This document shows positions 7,857-16,355 of a stretch of DNA of 20,000 bases, piece after piece (the first letter of the stretch is position 1; every line of letters begins with the position of its first letter). The position numbers were made by a program, and so were the translations under genes. The stretch is from an uncultured virus (IMG/VR IMGVR_UViG_3300037313_000338) (taxonomy: Duplodnaviria; Heunggongvirae; Uroviricota; Caudoviricetes), in the IMG/VR virus record IMGVR_UViG_3300037313_000338; one strand, 5' to 3'. The notes beneath the pieces are model-generated. The model saw nothing but the letters and a program-made list of their open reading frames with translations, made no database searches and was not told where the DNA came from.

Positions 7857-8225
7857 ATGGTTCACATGCTAGGCAGTAAACTACTTAGCGGCAAGGCTCC
7901 GCACCAGCCTAAGTTAACGGTAGTGATGAATATCTCACGCGCCACGGAAGACGGCGCTGCTATTACGATCAAGACCGGTACTATCTCAGTCAGCGATGAC
8001 CGTTATCGCGCATGGTATCAGCCGTTGTTCAAGAGCGGTGAAGAGCACCATGTGGCTATGAGTTCACCGCCGCTCTCACTGGACAAAGCTAGGGCGTTGG
8101 CGCTCAAGCAAGCAGAGTTATTAGCGTTTCAAGTGGACCTTGGTCTTCGGCAGTTGCTTGACGAAGCTGAAGCAGAAGCCAAAGAACGCGCCAAGATCGA
8201 CTCGGCTATTAAGTCTAAAGGATAA
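7857..8225 (+). CDS. Hypothetical protein
   Basis: RBS GAGGT, helical C-terminus. Confidence 0.7.
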   Translation: MVHMLGSKLLSGKAPHQPKLTVVMNISRATEDGAAITIKTGTISVSDDRYRAWYQPLFKSGEEHHVAMSSPPLSLDKARALALKQAELLAFQVDLGLRQLLDEAEAEAKERAKIDSAIKSKG

Positions 8226-8233
8226 TTAATAAC

Positions 8234-8419
8234 ATGCTCACTTGGACTATAATTGTAATGGAGAATTCTCGGGGATTTCGTATGGCGACGTACACGAATG
8301 AGACTGAGGCTCGCGAGAAAGCTTCAGCAGCCGCAAAGGGAATGGATAGCCCTATGTTTGGTCATCGTACCGTCTACATTATTGATCCTTTTGGGATGCA
8401 TTCTCAGGTGTTTCCATGA
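8234..8419 (+). CDS. Hypothetical protein
   Basis: RBS AAGGA, ATGA overlap with the next gene. Confidence 0.65.
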   Translation: MLTWTIIVMENSRGFRMATYTNETEAREKASAAAKGMDSPMFGHRTVYIIDPFGMHSQVFP

Positions 8420-9033
8420 CCGTCCCATCAAAGACGTCTATTAAACTGCACGGCGGCATTTTCTTCGATTTCGAGCAACCCGAACGCAGTCCCTTTACAA
8501 TCGAAACTGTTGCTCATCATCTGTCGAAAGTAGACCGCTACGCTGGTATGCTGGACGTGATCTTTTCGGTAGGGCAACACTGCCTGTTAGTAGACGTAAT
8601 TGTCGCCCATCTTGTAAGTGCATTACACGAAACGGACCCATTGGAGTATTGGCAGCTTCGGTTTGAAGCATTGATGCATGATAACTCCGAGTTCGTTATG
8701 GGCGATATGGTGCATCCTCTTAAGATCATCATGCCAGAGTATCGCGCCAAAGAAGCGCAAATCGAAGACCTTTGCAGCAGGCGGTTTGGTTTCCGTCGCC
8801 CACATAATCCAGTTATTATGCAAGCTGACAAGATCGCGCGTTACGTCGAGACTTATAACTTCGATCCGCATTTTGATGGCGTGAACACCACAGTCCACCA
8901 AGGCGAAGTTATTCCTGACCTGTTCAGGGAGTATCACCTTTCGCCGATGAATTTCCCCGAAGTGAAGGATGAATTCTTGGCCCGATACAACCTCATCACC
9001 GGCAAGATCACTTCCTCTATGCTGGAAGCATGA
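8416..9033 (+). CDS. HD-domain phosphohydrolase, YfbR/YfdR-like 5'-deoxynucleotidase
   Basis: VAHHLS...RYAG...SVGQH...ALMHDNSEFVMGDMVHPLK...ADK gives the H...HD...D metal motif. Confidence 0.88.
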   Translation: MTVPSKTSIKLHGGIFFDFEQPERSPFTIETVAHHLSKVDRYAGMLDVIFSVGQHCLLVDVIVAHLVSALHETDPLEYWQLRFEALMHDNSEFVMGDMVHPLKIIMPEYRAKEAQIEDLCSRRFGFRRPHNPVIMQADKIARYVETYNFDPHFDGVNTTVHQGEVIPDLFREYHLSPMNFPEVKDEFLARYNLITGKITSSMLEA

Positions 9034-9039
9034 TATAAT
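9031..9039 (+). promoter_or_regulatory. Candidate extended -10 promoter
   Basis: TGaTATAAT is a perfect TGn-TATAAT about 33 nt upstream of ATG 9072. No good -35. Confidence 0.4.
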
Positions 9040-9071
9040 ATTAGATACGAGTGAGCCTTTGGAGAATATTA

Positions 9072-10181
9072 ATGGCGAAGAAATTGGCTGCGGAAGATAC
9101 TAAGACTACCACCAGAGGCCACGATCTTACTAAGCTATTGGCTTTCATGGCGAAAGTTGTCCCTGACGGCGAAGGTATTGTGTTCGCGGACGACGGCAAG
9201 TCGCGCATGACCTTACAAGCCAACTCAGCGGATTCGCAATCTGTTACCGCGATACTGCCTACCGGAGGCAGAGTTATTAAGCCAGTGATGCTGCGTCGGC
9301 ATGATTTCTTGAAAGCCTATCGTAAGGAAGCTTTTCTCAGCGGTACGGACGGCAAACTTCAAATGTCTGCGGGGCATTGGAAGCTCGCACTGGCGGGATC
9401 GGTAGAGGCCAACACGCCAGAACCCTTCGTCGTGGAAGGTAAGAAGTTAGTAGCGGATGTGGGTCCGCTCAAGTCGATCCAGACTGAAGACAGTTACGGA
9501 GGTTCGACGTGGGCGATCTTCCTACCTAACGGACTCGCGGCGGTGGTTTCTACTTACTCCATGGTCTGCGTGATCATGGATTCCGAAGTTTGGCCGTCTA
9601 AGCCTGTCACGATGCAGGCCAACGCTATCTATCCGTTATTAAATCTTGTGGAACCTGTGCTGACTGTTGGCGCTGACGTGGTTGGCGTAACCGGCAAGTT
9701 CCCCTGCGGTAATAACGTTGATGCTCAAGTGCATATCGCGCTAGCCAAGCCGACAATCGATCCGCCATCTGCGGAACAGATTGAGCAAATGGTTCCTACT
9801 AAAAAGCATCGCCTGTCGGTTCCGTCACAAGAACTACGTATCTGTATCGAAGGCGCAAAGAAGACCTTCGAAGACGAAGCTACTAACCTAACGTTCTCAC
9901 TAGTGGAAACCGGATTGTCTGTAAGCCTGCAATCGCACTCAGCAGCGCTGTCGGAAGTAATTCCATATGTGAAGCGTCCTGAAAAAGCTAGCGGCAAGCT
10001 GGTTATTAATACTGACGTAGCAGTAAACGCGTTCAAGAGCATCAAGGAACTGACTAGTAGTGACGCAATTGCGTGTATTCGTTGGGATGAAACGGCGGTG
10101 TACATTCGTATCGTTCACGCTAAAGAGGTACTCGAAGGCAAGTTAATCGGCGCTATCGTAATCGCAGCTTCGGAAGAGTAG
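9072..10181 (+). CDS. Divergent DNA sliding clamp (Pol III beta-like), 369 aa
   Basis: ATG 9072 has a GGAG RBS and the length is close to bacterial beta. The C-terminal third (LSVPSQELRICIE...LTFSLVETGLSVSLQS...SEVIPY...LVINTDVAVNAFKSI...IRW) follows the beta-clamp domain III pattern. Replication-module context. Confidence 0.6.
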   Translation: MAKKLAAEDTKTTTRGHDLTKLLAFMAKVVPDGEGIVFADDGKSRMTLQANSADSQSVTAILPTGGRVIKPVMLRRHDFLKAYRKEAFLSGTDGKLQMSAGHWKLALAGSVEANTPEPFVVEGKKLVADVGPLKSIQTEDSYGGSTWAIFLPNGLAAVVSTYSMVCVIMDSEVWPSKPVTMQANAIYPLLNLVEPVLTVGADVVGVTGKFPCGNNVDAQVHIALAKPTIDPPSAEQIEQMVPTKKHRLSVPSQELRICIEGAKKTFEDEATNLTFSLVETGLSVSLQSHSAALSEVIPYVKRPEKASGKLVINTDVAVNAFKSIKELTSSDAIACIRWDETAVYIRIVHAKEVLEGKLIGAIVIAASEE

Positions 10182-10183
10182 TC

Positions 10184-10372
10184 ATGGACAATCAGCGCAG
10201 CATCCGGGATTTTATTAACGACTGGACAGACGCCGTTAATAGTTCGGGTAACGTAGTCCTCGATCTACCGGAGTCCATTAGGCAGACTGTACGTGATGCG
10301 GGTGGCGATCCCGACACTCTTTACTTGGCGGGCGTAGAATACGACGTGGTGGAGGAGGATAGTAACGCATGA
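10184..10372 (+). CDS. Hypothetical acidic protein
   Basis: Tight packing, ATGA overlap with the next gene. Confidence 0.65.
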   Translation: MDNQRSIRDFINDWTDAVNSSGNVVLDLPESIRQTVRDAGGDPDTLYLAGVEYDVVEEDSNA

Positions 10373-10770
10373 GTAACCTACTCGAACTGGTCAAACTAGC
10401 TAAGCCCGGCACGTTTGTTGACGCGAGGTTATCAGCGTCTCCCGAGAACGCTATTGTGTATCGAGCTAGGCAACCGCTTATCGAAGATATTATCGAAGTG
10501 CCGATGCTTCAGAATTTCGGCATCATTCCGGTGTCTGCGATCATGGCGGGACGTACGCAAGTCGGGGTTTGCGTGAGGTTTAGTGACAACATGACGGCGA
10601 AGGTCACTCAGGGTAATTTTGCTACGTTCGTGTCAGATCGTTGTCGCGGAAATCTAGGTGTTGCTACGTGCGCAATGCGTACGCCGGACTACCTGATTTT
10701 CTCGTATGCTTCTCGCGGCGCATTGTTATTAAAGAAACTGACCAAGGGCCGTGGATATGGAGCCGTCTAA
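10369..10770 (+). CDS. Hypothetical protein
   Basis: Strong RBS GGAGGAGG, overlaps at both ends. Confidence 0.75.
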   Translation: MSNLLELVKLAKPGTFVDARLSASPENAIVYRARQPLIEDIIEVPMLQNFGIIPVSAIMAGRTQVGVCVRFSDNMTAKVTQGNFATFVSDRCRGNLGVATCAMRTPDYLIFSYASRGALLLKKLTKGRGYGAV

Positions 10771-10964
10771 TGCGTGAAGGAACTTGGCACACATTGAGGT
10801 GTTCCGCTTTTACCCAAGAAGATTTAGATAAGTTAATAATGGAAGTAAGCCAAACGGGCTGGGAACTGGTTACCGTTATGCACACTCCAGACACTAGAAC
10901 TACAGCGCCTCTCGGTGGCGGGTGTTCGTGGCACGCGTATTTAAAGAAATTCGAAGGTTATTGA
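10770..10964 (+). CDS. Small protein with a GWELV motif (DUF4177-like)
   Basis: Start is probably ATG 10770 (TAATG overlap, GGAG RBS) rather than 10641. Pattern LDKLI...GWELVTV. Confidence 0.6.
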   Translation: MREGTWHTLRCSAFTQEDLDKLIMEVSQTGWELVTVMHTPDTRTTAPLGGGCSWHAYLKKFEGY

Positions 10965-10965
10965 C

Positions 10966-11670
10966 TTGATTATCATTCCCGAAATCGAAACTGTGATCAT
11001 TCTCGTTCCGAGGACGGGAACCAAATCATTAAAGAAGGCGATATCAAATCGCTATGCTAGTGCCATGCCAATCTACCGTCACATGGAAGCCGACGGCATT
11101 CCTGACGGTTACGAACGCTGGCGTAAGATCGGCATTGTGCGTGATCCGCTAGAGCGCTTGTGGAGCCTTTACAAATACCTCCAGACGTTCGATGGTCCAT
11201 ATCCGAGAGAGTACATCGCTGAACAGCGCGATAGTGTGGCGATGCCGTTCTCCACTTGGTTGGTTATTAATCGTCTGCCGTTCACTCAGCCGTACGATAG
11301 TAGCGGACGTGGCAAGTTCTTCCCCGGCTATAACGTGCGGCATAATTTACCTGAGAACCGCAAGTCGCAGCATGTGTATCTGCGTCCTGATCTAGGAACG
11401 CAAGTGTTCCAGTTTAGTGATTTGCAGAAATTCGGCGAGGAAGTGCTCAAGTTGCACCTCCCTCATATCAACGCGAGCACAGACTTTCCGCTGCCTTATG
11501 TCAACGGAATTACAGCGCTGGGCGATGAAGACCGTCGAATTATTGAATACATGTTGCGTTGGTTCGCGTGGGATATCGTCGCCACACGCCCCAAATGGGC
11601 GGACGGTGAAATAATGCATCGCGCTATACAGCGTGTAAGAGGATTGCCTGATGGCTTCGGTGAAACTTAG
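10966..11670 (+). CDS. Sulfotransferase-like protein (Sulfotransfer_2-type P-loop fold)
   Basis: 5'-PSB-like loop VPRTGTKS, 3'-PB-like motif VRDPLERLWSLY, C-terminal HINAS. TTG start. Confidence 0.75.
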   Translation: MIIIPEIETVIILVPRTGTKSLKKAISNRYASAMPIYRHMEADGIPDGYERWRKIGIVRDPLERLWSLYKYLQTFDGPYPREYIAEQRDSVAMPFSTWLVINRLPFTQPYDSSGRGKFFPGYNVRHNLPENRKSQHVYLRPDLGTQVFQFSDLQKFGEEVLKLHLPHINASTDFPLPYVNGITALGDEDRRIIEYMLRWFAWDIVATRPKWADGEIMHRAIQRVRGLPDGFGET

Positions 11671-12220
11671 TAAAGCAAAAATCAAGACCGCAGCCGAAGA
11701 AGATTGGCGTACAGCCGAACCTATCCTCAAGGTTCGTAAGCGTTTGCGCACACACGCAGCGGAAGCAACTGAGTTCTTCACCGATACGCAGAAAGAGATT
11801 ATTAAATTTCAGGCGCAGCGTATCAAGCATAACACGGTGACGTTTGATGACGTCGCATCGCGGGGTATGCGTAAGCTGGTGGAATCCATCGCTAGGGACA
11901 AGGCGTTCCGGTCCAACATCATCGGTCTACTAATTAAGGTAGAAGACTCGGTCGCCTACATGCGCAACGCGCTGTCGCTAGTAAGACGCCAAGTGAAGGG
12001 CAACTACGGCGCTTCGCTTCGTAAGGAATTCAAGACGGTAGCTGCGCAGAACGACGCCATCGAAGATCACTTCAGTGTGGCGGTGCGTGCGATCAAGCAA
12101 GGCGAGCTACTAATCAAGCTAGCTGACATGGTAATCACGGATATCGACAAGGGCGGGTTCAATGATCAGAAACTCACCAAGATCGGCGAATTAATGTATC
12201 ATCCAGGACGAGCGGATTAA
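11651..12220 (+). CDS. Helical protein, possible UvsY-like recombination mediator
   Basis: Long amphipathic helices. The C-terminal KT...DAIED...IDKGGF resembles the UvsY C-terminus. RecA and gp32-like genes are in the same module. Confidence 0.4.
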   Translation: MASVKLSKAKIKTAAEEDWRTAEPILKVRKRLRTHAAEATEFFTDTQKEIIKFQAQRIKHNTVTFDDVASRGMRKLVESIARDKAFRSNIIGLLIKVEDSVAYMRNALSLVRRQVKGNYGASLRKEFKTVAAQNDAIEDHFSVAVRAIKQGELLIKLADMVITDIDKGGFNDQKLTKIGELMYHPGRAD

Positions 12221-12225
12221 TAAAA

Positions 12226-12510
12226 ATGAGCAGTGATTTACGTGAACTTGAAACGACGCCAGTACAGAAGGCGTTTGCAGTTGATTTGATGAGCATTCTT
12301 AGCAAGCATACGGTAGACGGACTAGAGACCCAAGCCGCGATTGCTTTGACTGGTCAATTCCTAGGCAAGTTGATCGCAATGATGCCAGACGGAACTGACA
12401 TTAGTTCCCTTGATAAAGTCATCGTTGCGAATATTAACATCGGTAACGCTATGGCTGTGGAGTGCCTAAAGTCTGAAGACTCTATCGGACAAGTCGAAGG
12501 GTCGGCGTAA
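12226..12510 (+). CDS. Hypothetical protein
   Basis: Intact ORF in the gene train. Confidence 0.7.
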   Translation: MSSDLRELETTPVQKAFAVDLMSILSKHTVDGLETQAAIALTGQFLGKLIAMMPDGTDISSLDKVIVANINIGNAMAVECLKSEDSIGQVEGSA

Positions 12511-12527
12511 CTACGCGACATGGTGAC

Positions 12528-12872
12528 ATGAATTCCGAAGAGATTAATAACATGATGGTTTGGCTACAAGTATTCGCGATCTGCTTCCTCGTGATCGTGG
12601 TAAACGAAGCGATCCATCGCGGTTGGGTCATCCGGCGTCTGCTACGTCTTGACGAATGGGTGAATTACCACATCATGAATGGTCGCAAGGGCGAGACTAT
12701 TTCCACGCGCACGTATCGGGCGATATGGCGCAAGGAACATAATATACCTGAAGAGGGTGATTGGAAGTGGTACGTGCTCGATTGGTTACTAAACCTGATC
12801 GATCCCAACCATTGCCGAGAGTCTTACGAACGAGCTAAAGAGCTAGGGCGGGTGACTGACCCGCTTGAATAA
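12528..12872 (+). CDS. Phage membrane-associated hypothetical protein
   Basis: Hydrophobic N-terminal helix and an N...G...ETIS.R...W...DPNHC pattern that I recognise from phage proteins of unknown function. Confidence 0.7.
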   Translation: MNSEEINNMMVWLQVFAICFLVIVVNEAIHRGWVIRRLLRLDEWVNYHIMNGRKGETISTRTYRAIWRKEHNIPEEGDWKWYVLDWLLNLIDPNHCRESYERAKELGRVTDPLE

Positions 12873-12931
12873 TTTACGACCGACCCACGACGAAGAGCGA
12901 GGGCGGAAGCATCGATAAAAGGCGTGCGGAG
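12870..12931 (+). promoter_or_regulatory. Conserved intergenic element, copy B
   Basis: TAATTT...AAGAG...GAAGCATCGATAAAAGGCGTGCGG, ending at the GGAG RBS of the gene at 12941. Confidence 0.6.
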
Positions 12932-12940
12932 ACAAGCACA

Positions 12941-13840
12941 ATGGCATTCGTCAAAATCACGGCCCCTAAAAGAGAACTCAAGCGCTTGAAATCTGCGGAA
13001 GCGCCGGTGCGTATCTCTGTGATCAAAACGGGCAAGCTAACCGACAAGCTTCGTGTTGTTATTATTTTCAGCGCTGAGCTAGCAAATAAGCTGCGCGGCA
13101 CAACTCCGCTGGATGAATTGTATTTAGTAGCGCTGGAAGGTACCAGAGAACATGAAGGTCTTATCTGCCTTCAACCTTCGGACAAAAAGACCGAAGGTTC
13201 GGTGAAGGTAGGCCTGACTAATAAGCAGAAATGCGCAAGGATTTACCTTCCGAACATGACTGAGCGGATGCCGAAGGTGGTAACGAAGGTTGCTGCCTGC
13301 GCTCTGGTGAGTATCGACGTCGCCAACTTAGTTTTTCGGCTTCCTGATAGTTGGACTGCTGCGCCCAAAGAATCAGACAACGTTATGCTGCTAGCGGATC
13401 AGCCTAAGAACCAGCAAAGCCCCGGTATTCCTATTAACACGCGGGCGGCTGGTTTGATTCGTGATCAGAAGCCCATGTCACGCGGCTTCCAACCGTCTAA
13501 GCCTGTTGCGCCAAAGGTTAGTAGGGTCGTCAAAAAGCCAACTGTTGCTTTCTCCGGGAAGGTTTTCAATATCCTCGGACAAGACGTTACCGGGGCGCTA
13601 GACGTTATTCGGCCTATCGAATATCTGCGTCGTAAGGGTTACACGTTGACCAAACACCCCGCAGAGGGAATGTGGCAAATCCGAGGTTCGGAATTTTCCA
13701 GCACTGATACTTCGCAAGTTGCTCGGTTGATCAACACTACAGAGTTGGTTGCTATTATTAACAAAGAGCGCGACAAGTTGGGTGTTGCTTCAATCACAGC
13801 GGCGCACCTAGTCGACGAAAATGCTCTTGAAAACGCGTAG
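12941..13840 (+). CDS. Basic two-domain hypothetical protein (299 aa)
   Basis: RBS GGAG. A beta-rich N-domain, a Pro/Lys linker and a small C-domain. Confidence 0.75.
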   Translation: MAFVKITAPKRELKRLKSAEAPVRISVIKTGKLTDKLRVVIIFSAELANKLRGTTPLDELYLVALEGTREHEGLICLQPSDKKTEGSVKVGLTNKQKCARIYLPNMTERMPKVVTKVAACALVSIDVANLVFRLPDSWTAAPKESDNVMLLADQPKNQQSPGIPINTRAAGLIRDQKPMSRGFQPSKPVAPKVSRVVKKPTVAFSGKVFNILGQDVTGALDVIRPIEYLRRKGYTLTKHPAEGMWQIRGSEFSSTDTSQVARLINTTELVAIINKERDKLGVASITAAHLVDENALENA

Positions 13841-13853
13841 GATTTATTAACAT

Positions 13854-14501
13854 ATGTTCGCATCCAAGGCTCAAACAGAACTCGTTCTACAAGGTGGCCC
13901 GGTGCTCGGTGATTTCGTCACCAAGGAAGAGCTTATGCTACAGGAGGCTACCTTGCTGGAACTTAACGTTACTAGCTACAATCGAATTCTCCGATTTATG
14001 CAGACCTACGAACAAGATACGCCCACGCGTCCCGGTTGGCCTAGCGAAGAGGTTTTCCGGCTGCGTGTTCGTCTGGACCTCGAAGAATTCTTCGAGAAGC
14101 TTGTGCTAGGTTACTACAATGGCAACCCGGTCGAAATCATCGACGGTGCTTGTGACGTTGAGGTGGTCGGCACTGGCGCGACTATCGCGTTTGGAGTTAA
14201 TCACGAACTCTGCATCGCGGAAGTGGATCGCTCCAACCTCTCCAAGCTCGGAGAAGACGGCAAGCCGATTAAAGACGAATACGGCAAGGTACAAAAAGGG
14301 CCGAATTATACTAAGCCCAACATTCGCCAGTTCCTCCACGATTGGGCGGACACGCCTGCGCCGTACGATACTAAAAAGATCGTGGCTGAGGAATTTGCTA
14401 ACGTTCTGTTCGGTGAAAAGAACTACGGACGCAATGCGGAAATGCTGAACGTCAGCCGTATTAGTCGTGTTATCGACGTTCAGTTTGGTCTATCACGATA
14501 G
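13854..14501 (+). CDS. MazG-like all-alpha NTP pyrophosphohydrolase (DR2231/PRA-PH-like)
   Basis: LEEFFE...EIIDGACD metal motif and EVDRSNLSK...GKPIKDEYGKVQKGPNYTKPNI. Confidence 0.88.
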   Translation: MFASKAQTELVLQGGPVLGDFVTKEELMLQEATLLELNVTSYNRILRFMQTYEQDTPTRPGWPSEEVFRLRVRLDLEEFFEKLVLGYYNGNPVEIIDGACDVEVVGTGATIAFGVNHELCIAEVDRSNLSKLGEDGKPIKDEYGKVQKGPNYTKPNIRQFLHDWADTPAPYDTKKIVAEEFANVLFGEKNYGRNAEMLNVSRISRVIDVQFGLSR

Positions 14502-14520
14502 TTGTTAATAGGGGAGGCAC

Positions 14521-15072
14521 ATGGAAGTTGATACCACTACTGAGGCAGCACCTTTCGAGTGCCTCCCTCATGACGAATTCTGCCGACAGTTAATGGAAGT
14601 TGTGAAGCTCCCTGCTGTTAAGGGCACTGCGCATAAAGTTAAAACAAAGTGGACTGATCCTGAAGACATGATCAGTGAAGCTGTTATTAAGGCCATTGAA
14701 AACCGTGAAAAGTTTCGGGCTGGTACCAACCTATCCGCTTGGTTCTGTTTCATATTGCGTAACGCGGCGCTTACTAAAATCCGTAAGCACGGCAAGCGAG
14801 AATTCGAAATGGCGGAAGGTCAAGCCGAAAGCATCCCGCTGGCGGCATCCGCTCACCATACCTTAGAATTAAAAGAAGTTCTGGCGGCGCTGCATTACAT
14901 GTCGCGTGCTAACTACACGGCGTTCGACGCAGTTGTACTGCAAGAAATGACGTATGAAGAGGCTGCCATTCATATGAATATTCCGATTGGCTCAGTTAAA
15001 TCTCGCGTCTCACGTGGTCAAACCGAGTTATTCGAATACTTCGGACTGCAAAGAGGGGATCAAGTTGTCTAG
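14521..15072 (+). CDS. ECF sigma factor, EcfG (ECF15/SigT/RpoE2)-like
   Basis: Region 2 EDMISEAVIKA...FRAGTNLSAWFCFILRN...RKHGKRE, region 4 TYEEAA...IPIGSVKSRVSRG, RBS GGAGG. Confidence 0.88.
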   Translation: MEVDTTTEAAPFECLPHDEFCRQLMEVVKLPAVKGTAHKVKTKWTDPEDMISEAVIKAIENREKFRAGTNLSAWFCFILRNAALTKIRKHGKREFEMAEGQAESIPLAASAHHTLELKEVLAALHYMSRANYTAFDAVVLQEMTYEEAAIHMNIPIGSVKSRVSRGQTELFEYFGLQRGDQVV

Positions 15073-15076
15073 TGCT

Positions 15077-16003
15077 ATGCTGCGACCGGTCCTGCCGCTG
15101 ACTAACGAGGAACTTGCAATGCGTCATGGCTTGCGCCGTTTAGACCCTATCGATTTCAAGACCAGCCTTGAAGTTAATAAGCCCGGTCCCGCACCGGAAA
15201 TGCTCGATGTTGAAATCTGGCGTCTGTGCGTAAACGACGAGTATCAGCGCGATATCTCGGGAACCGGACGCAACCGCATTAAACTGATGGCCGAGAATTG
15301 GGATTGGGAAAAATACACCCCCATTTCCATCGTGTTAGCGGAAGCTGCGGCCATTGCTGAAGCGGGAACTACGCTCTACGAAGTGGTGGACGGTCAACAC
15401 GAAGCTATTGCAGCGGCTACTAACGGCAACATTGTGCGTCTCCCGGCAATCTTGAAGTCCGCTTCGACTCTCAAAGAAAAGGCGGCGTCGTTCATCGGCA
15501 TTAATAAGCGGGTAGCTATCCCGACTTCGCATAAGTTCAACACGGAACTGGCGGCTGGGGATGAGGTTGCTATTAGCGTCAATTGCGCCTTGTCGTTTTC
15601 CAAGTGCCGGTTATTGGATATGCCGCCGTCGAAGGCGCAATACGAGGTAGGCGATACGCTGGCGGTTGGTACGATGCAAATCATCGTGCGGGCGCAAGGT
15701 GGTGACGCACTAACCCGCATCCTACGTATCGCTAAAGCCGGGCGTGCTGCGCCTATCACGGCGCATATGCTTAAAGCCTTAGCCATTGTCATTAACTCTG
15801 ATGATGACGATTTGGACGACAAGATTGCTAACTACCTTGTCGCGTACGGGGCTAAGCGTATCGAACTGGAATGCAAGGCCCATTGCCCGCCTGGGGAACA
15901 AGTGTCCTCTTATATGGCAGAGCACTTCTTTACTAAGTTGAACATTCGTAAACCGGCGGTGCGTGGCAGCAAGGCGCGTAGAGCCTCAAGGCTTTTGGCA
16001 TGA
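15077..16003 (+). CDS. ParB/Srx-like N-terminal domain protein (DUF6551-like); start ATG 15077 or 15119
   Basis: VNDEYQR...IKLMAENWDW...YEVVDGQH...EKAASFIGIN. ATG 15119 has a GAGG RBS. Confidence 0.75.
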   Translation: MLRPVLPLTNEELAMRHGLRRLDPIDFKTSLEVNKPGPAPEMLDVEIWRLCVNDEYQRDISGTGRNRIKLMAENWDWEKYTPISIVLAEAAAIAEAGTTLYEVVDGQHEAIAAATNGNIVRLPAILKSASTLKEKAASFIGINKRVAIPTSHKFNTELAAGDEVAISVNCALSFSKCRLLDMPPSKAQYEVGDTLAVGTMQIIVRAQGGDALTRILRIAKAGRAAPITAHMLKALAIVINSDDDDLDDKIANYLVAYGAKRIELECKAHCPPGEQVSSYMAEHFFTKLNIRKPAVRGSKARRASRLLA

Positions 16004-16251
16004 ACCGTACAGCAGCTTTCAAATTCTGGAAACGGGTGTACGAATACGCGCTAAAGCAAATGAAACGCGACAGCGGCGGTTGGACTAAGTGCGGTACGTG
16101 TAATAACTACGATTTCATGATACCTTGGAAGTCTTGGCGCACAACAAGTAATCCGGTAATCGATGAATCTGTGTGCGGTAACTGTGGCGCTGTTAATAGG
16201 TGGCGTATGGACTGCATACTTCCTATTCCAGAGAAGCCGTTAAAAGCTTAA
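16000..16251 (+). CDS. Small Zn-finger protein
   Basis: CGTC...CGNC, ATGA overlap. Confidence 0.7.
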   Translation: MNRTAAFKFWKRVYEYALKQMKRDSGGWTKCGTCNNYDFMIPWKSWRTTSNPVIDESVCGNCGAVNRWRMDCILPIPEKPLKA

Positions 16252-16268
16252 CATAGATCAGGACTAAC

Positions 16269-16305
16269 AAAACCCCGTAGCGCTAGCGCTACGGGGTTTT
16301 TCTTT
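16269..16305 (+). terminator. Intrinsic terminator (perfect 32-bp palindrome, possibly bidirectional)
   Basis: AAAACCCCGTAGCGCT/AGCGCTACGGGGTTTT (16269-16300), followed by TCTTT. Confidence 0.88.
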
Positions 16306-16355
16306 GTCTACTTTCCGATCTAATTTGCCTCTGCACTATAAGAGTAGGGGCTACT

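Noticed and set aside
8416..14501. Z-genome (2-aminoadenine) pathway
   Set aside because: No purZ in the window, and the HD and MazG proteins resemble the common YfdR-like and DR2231-like phage types.
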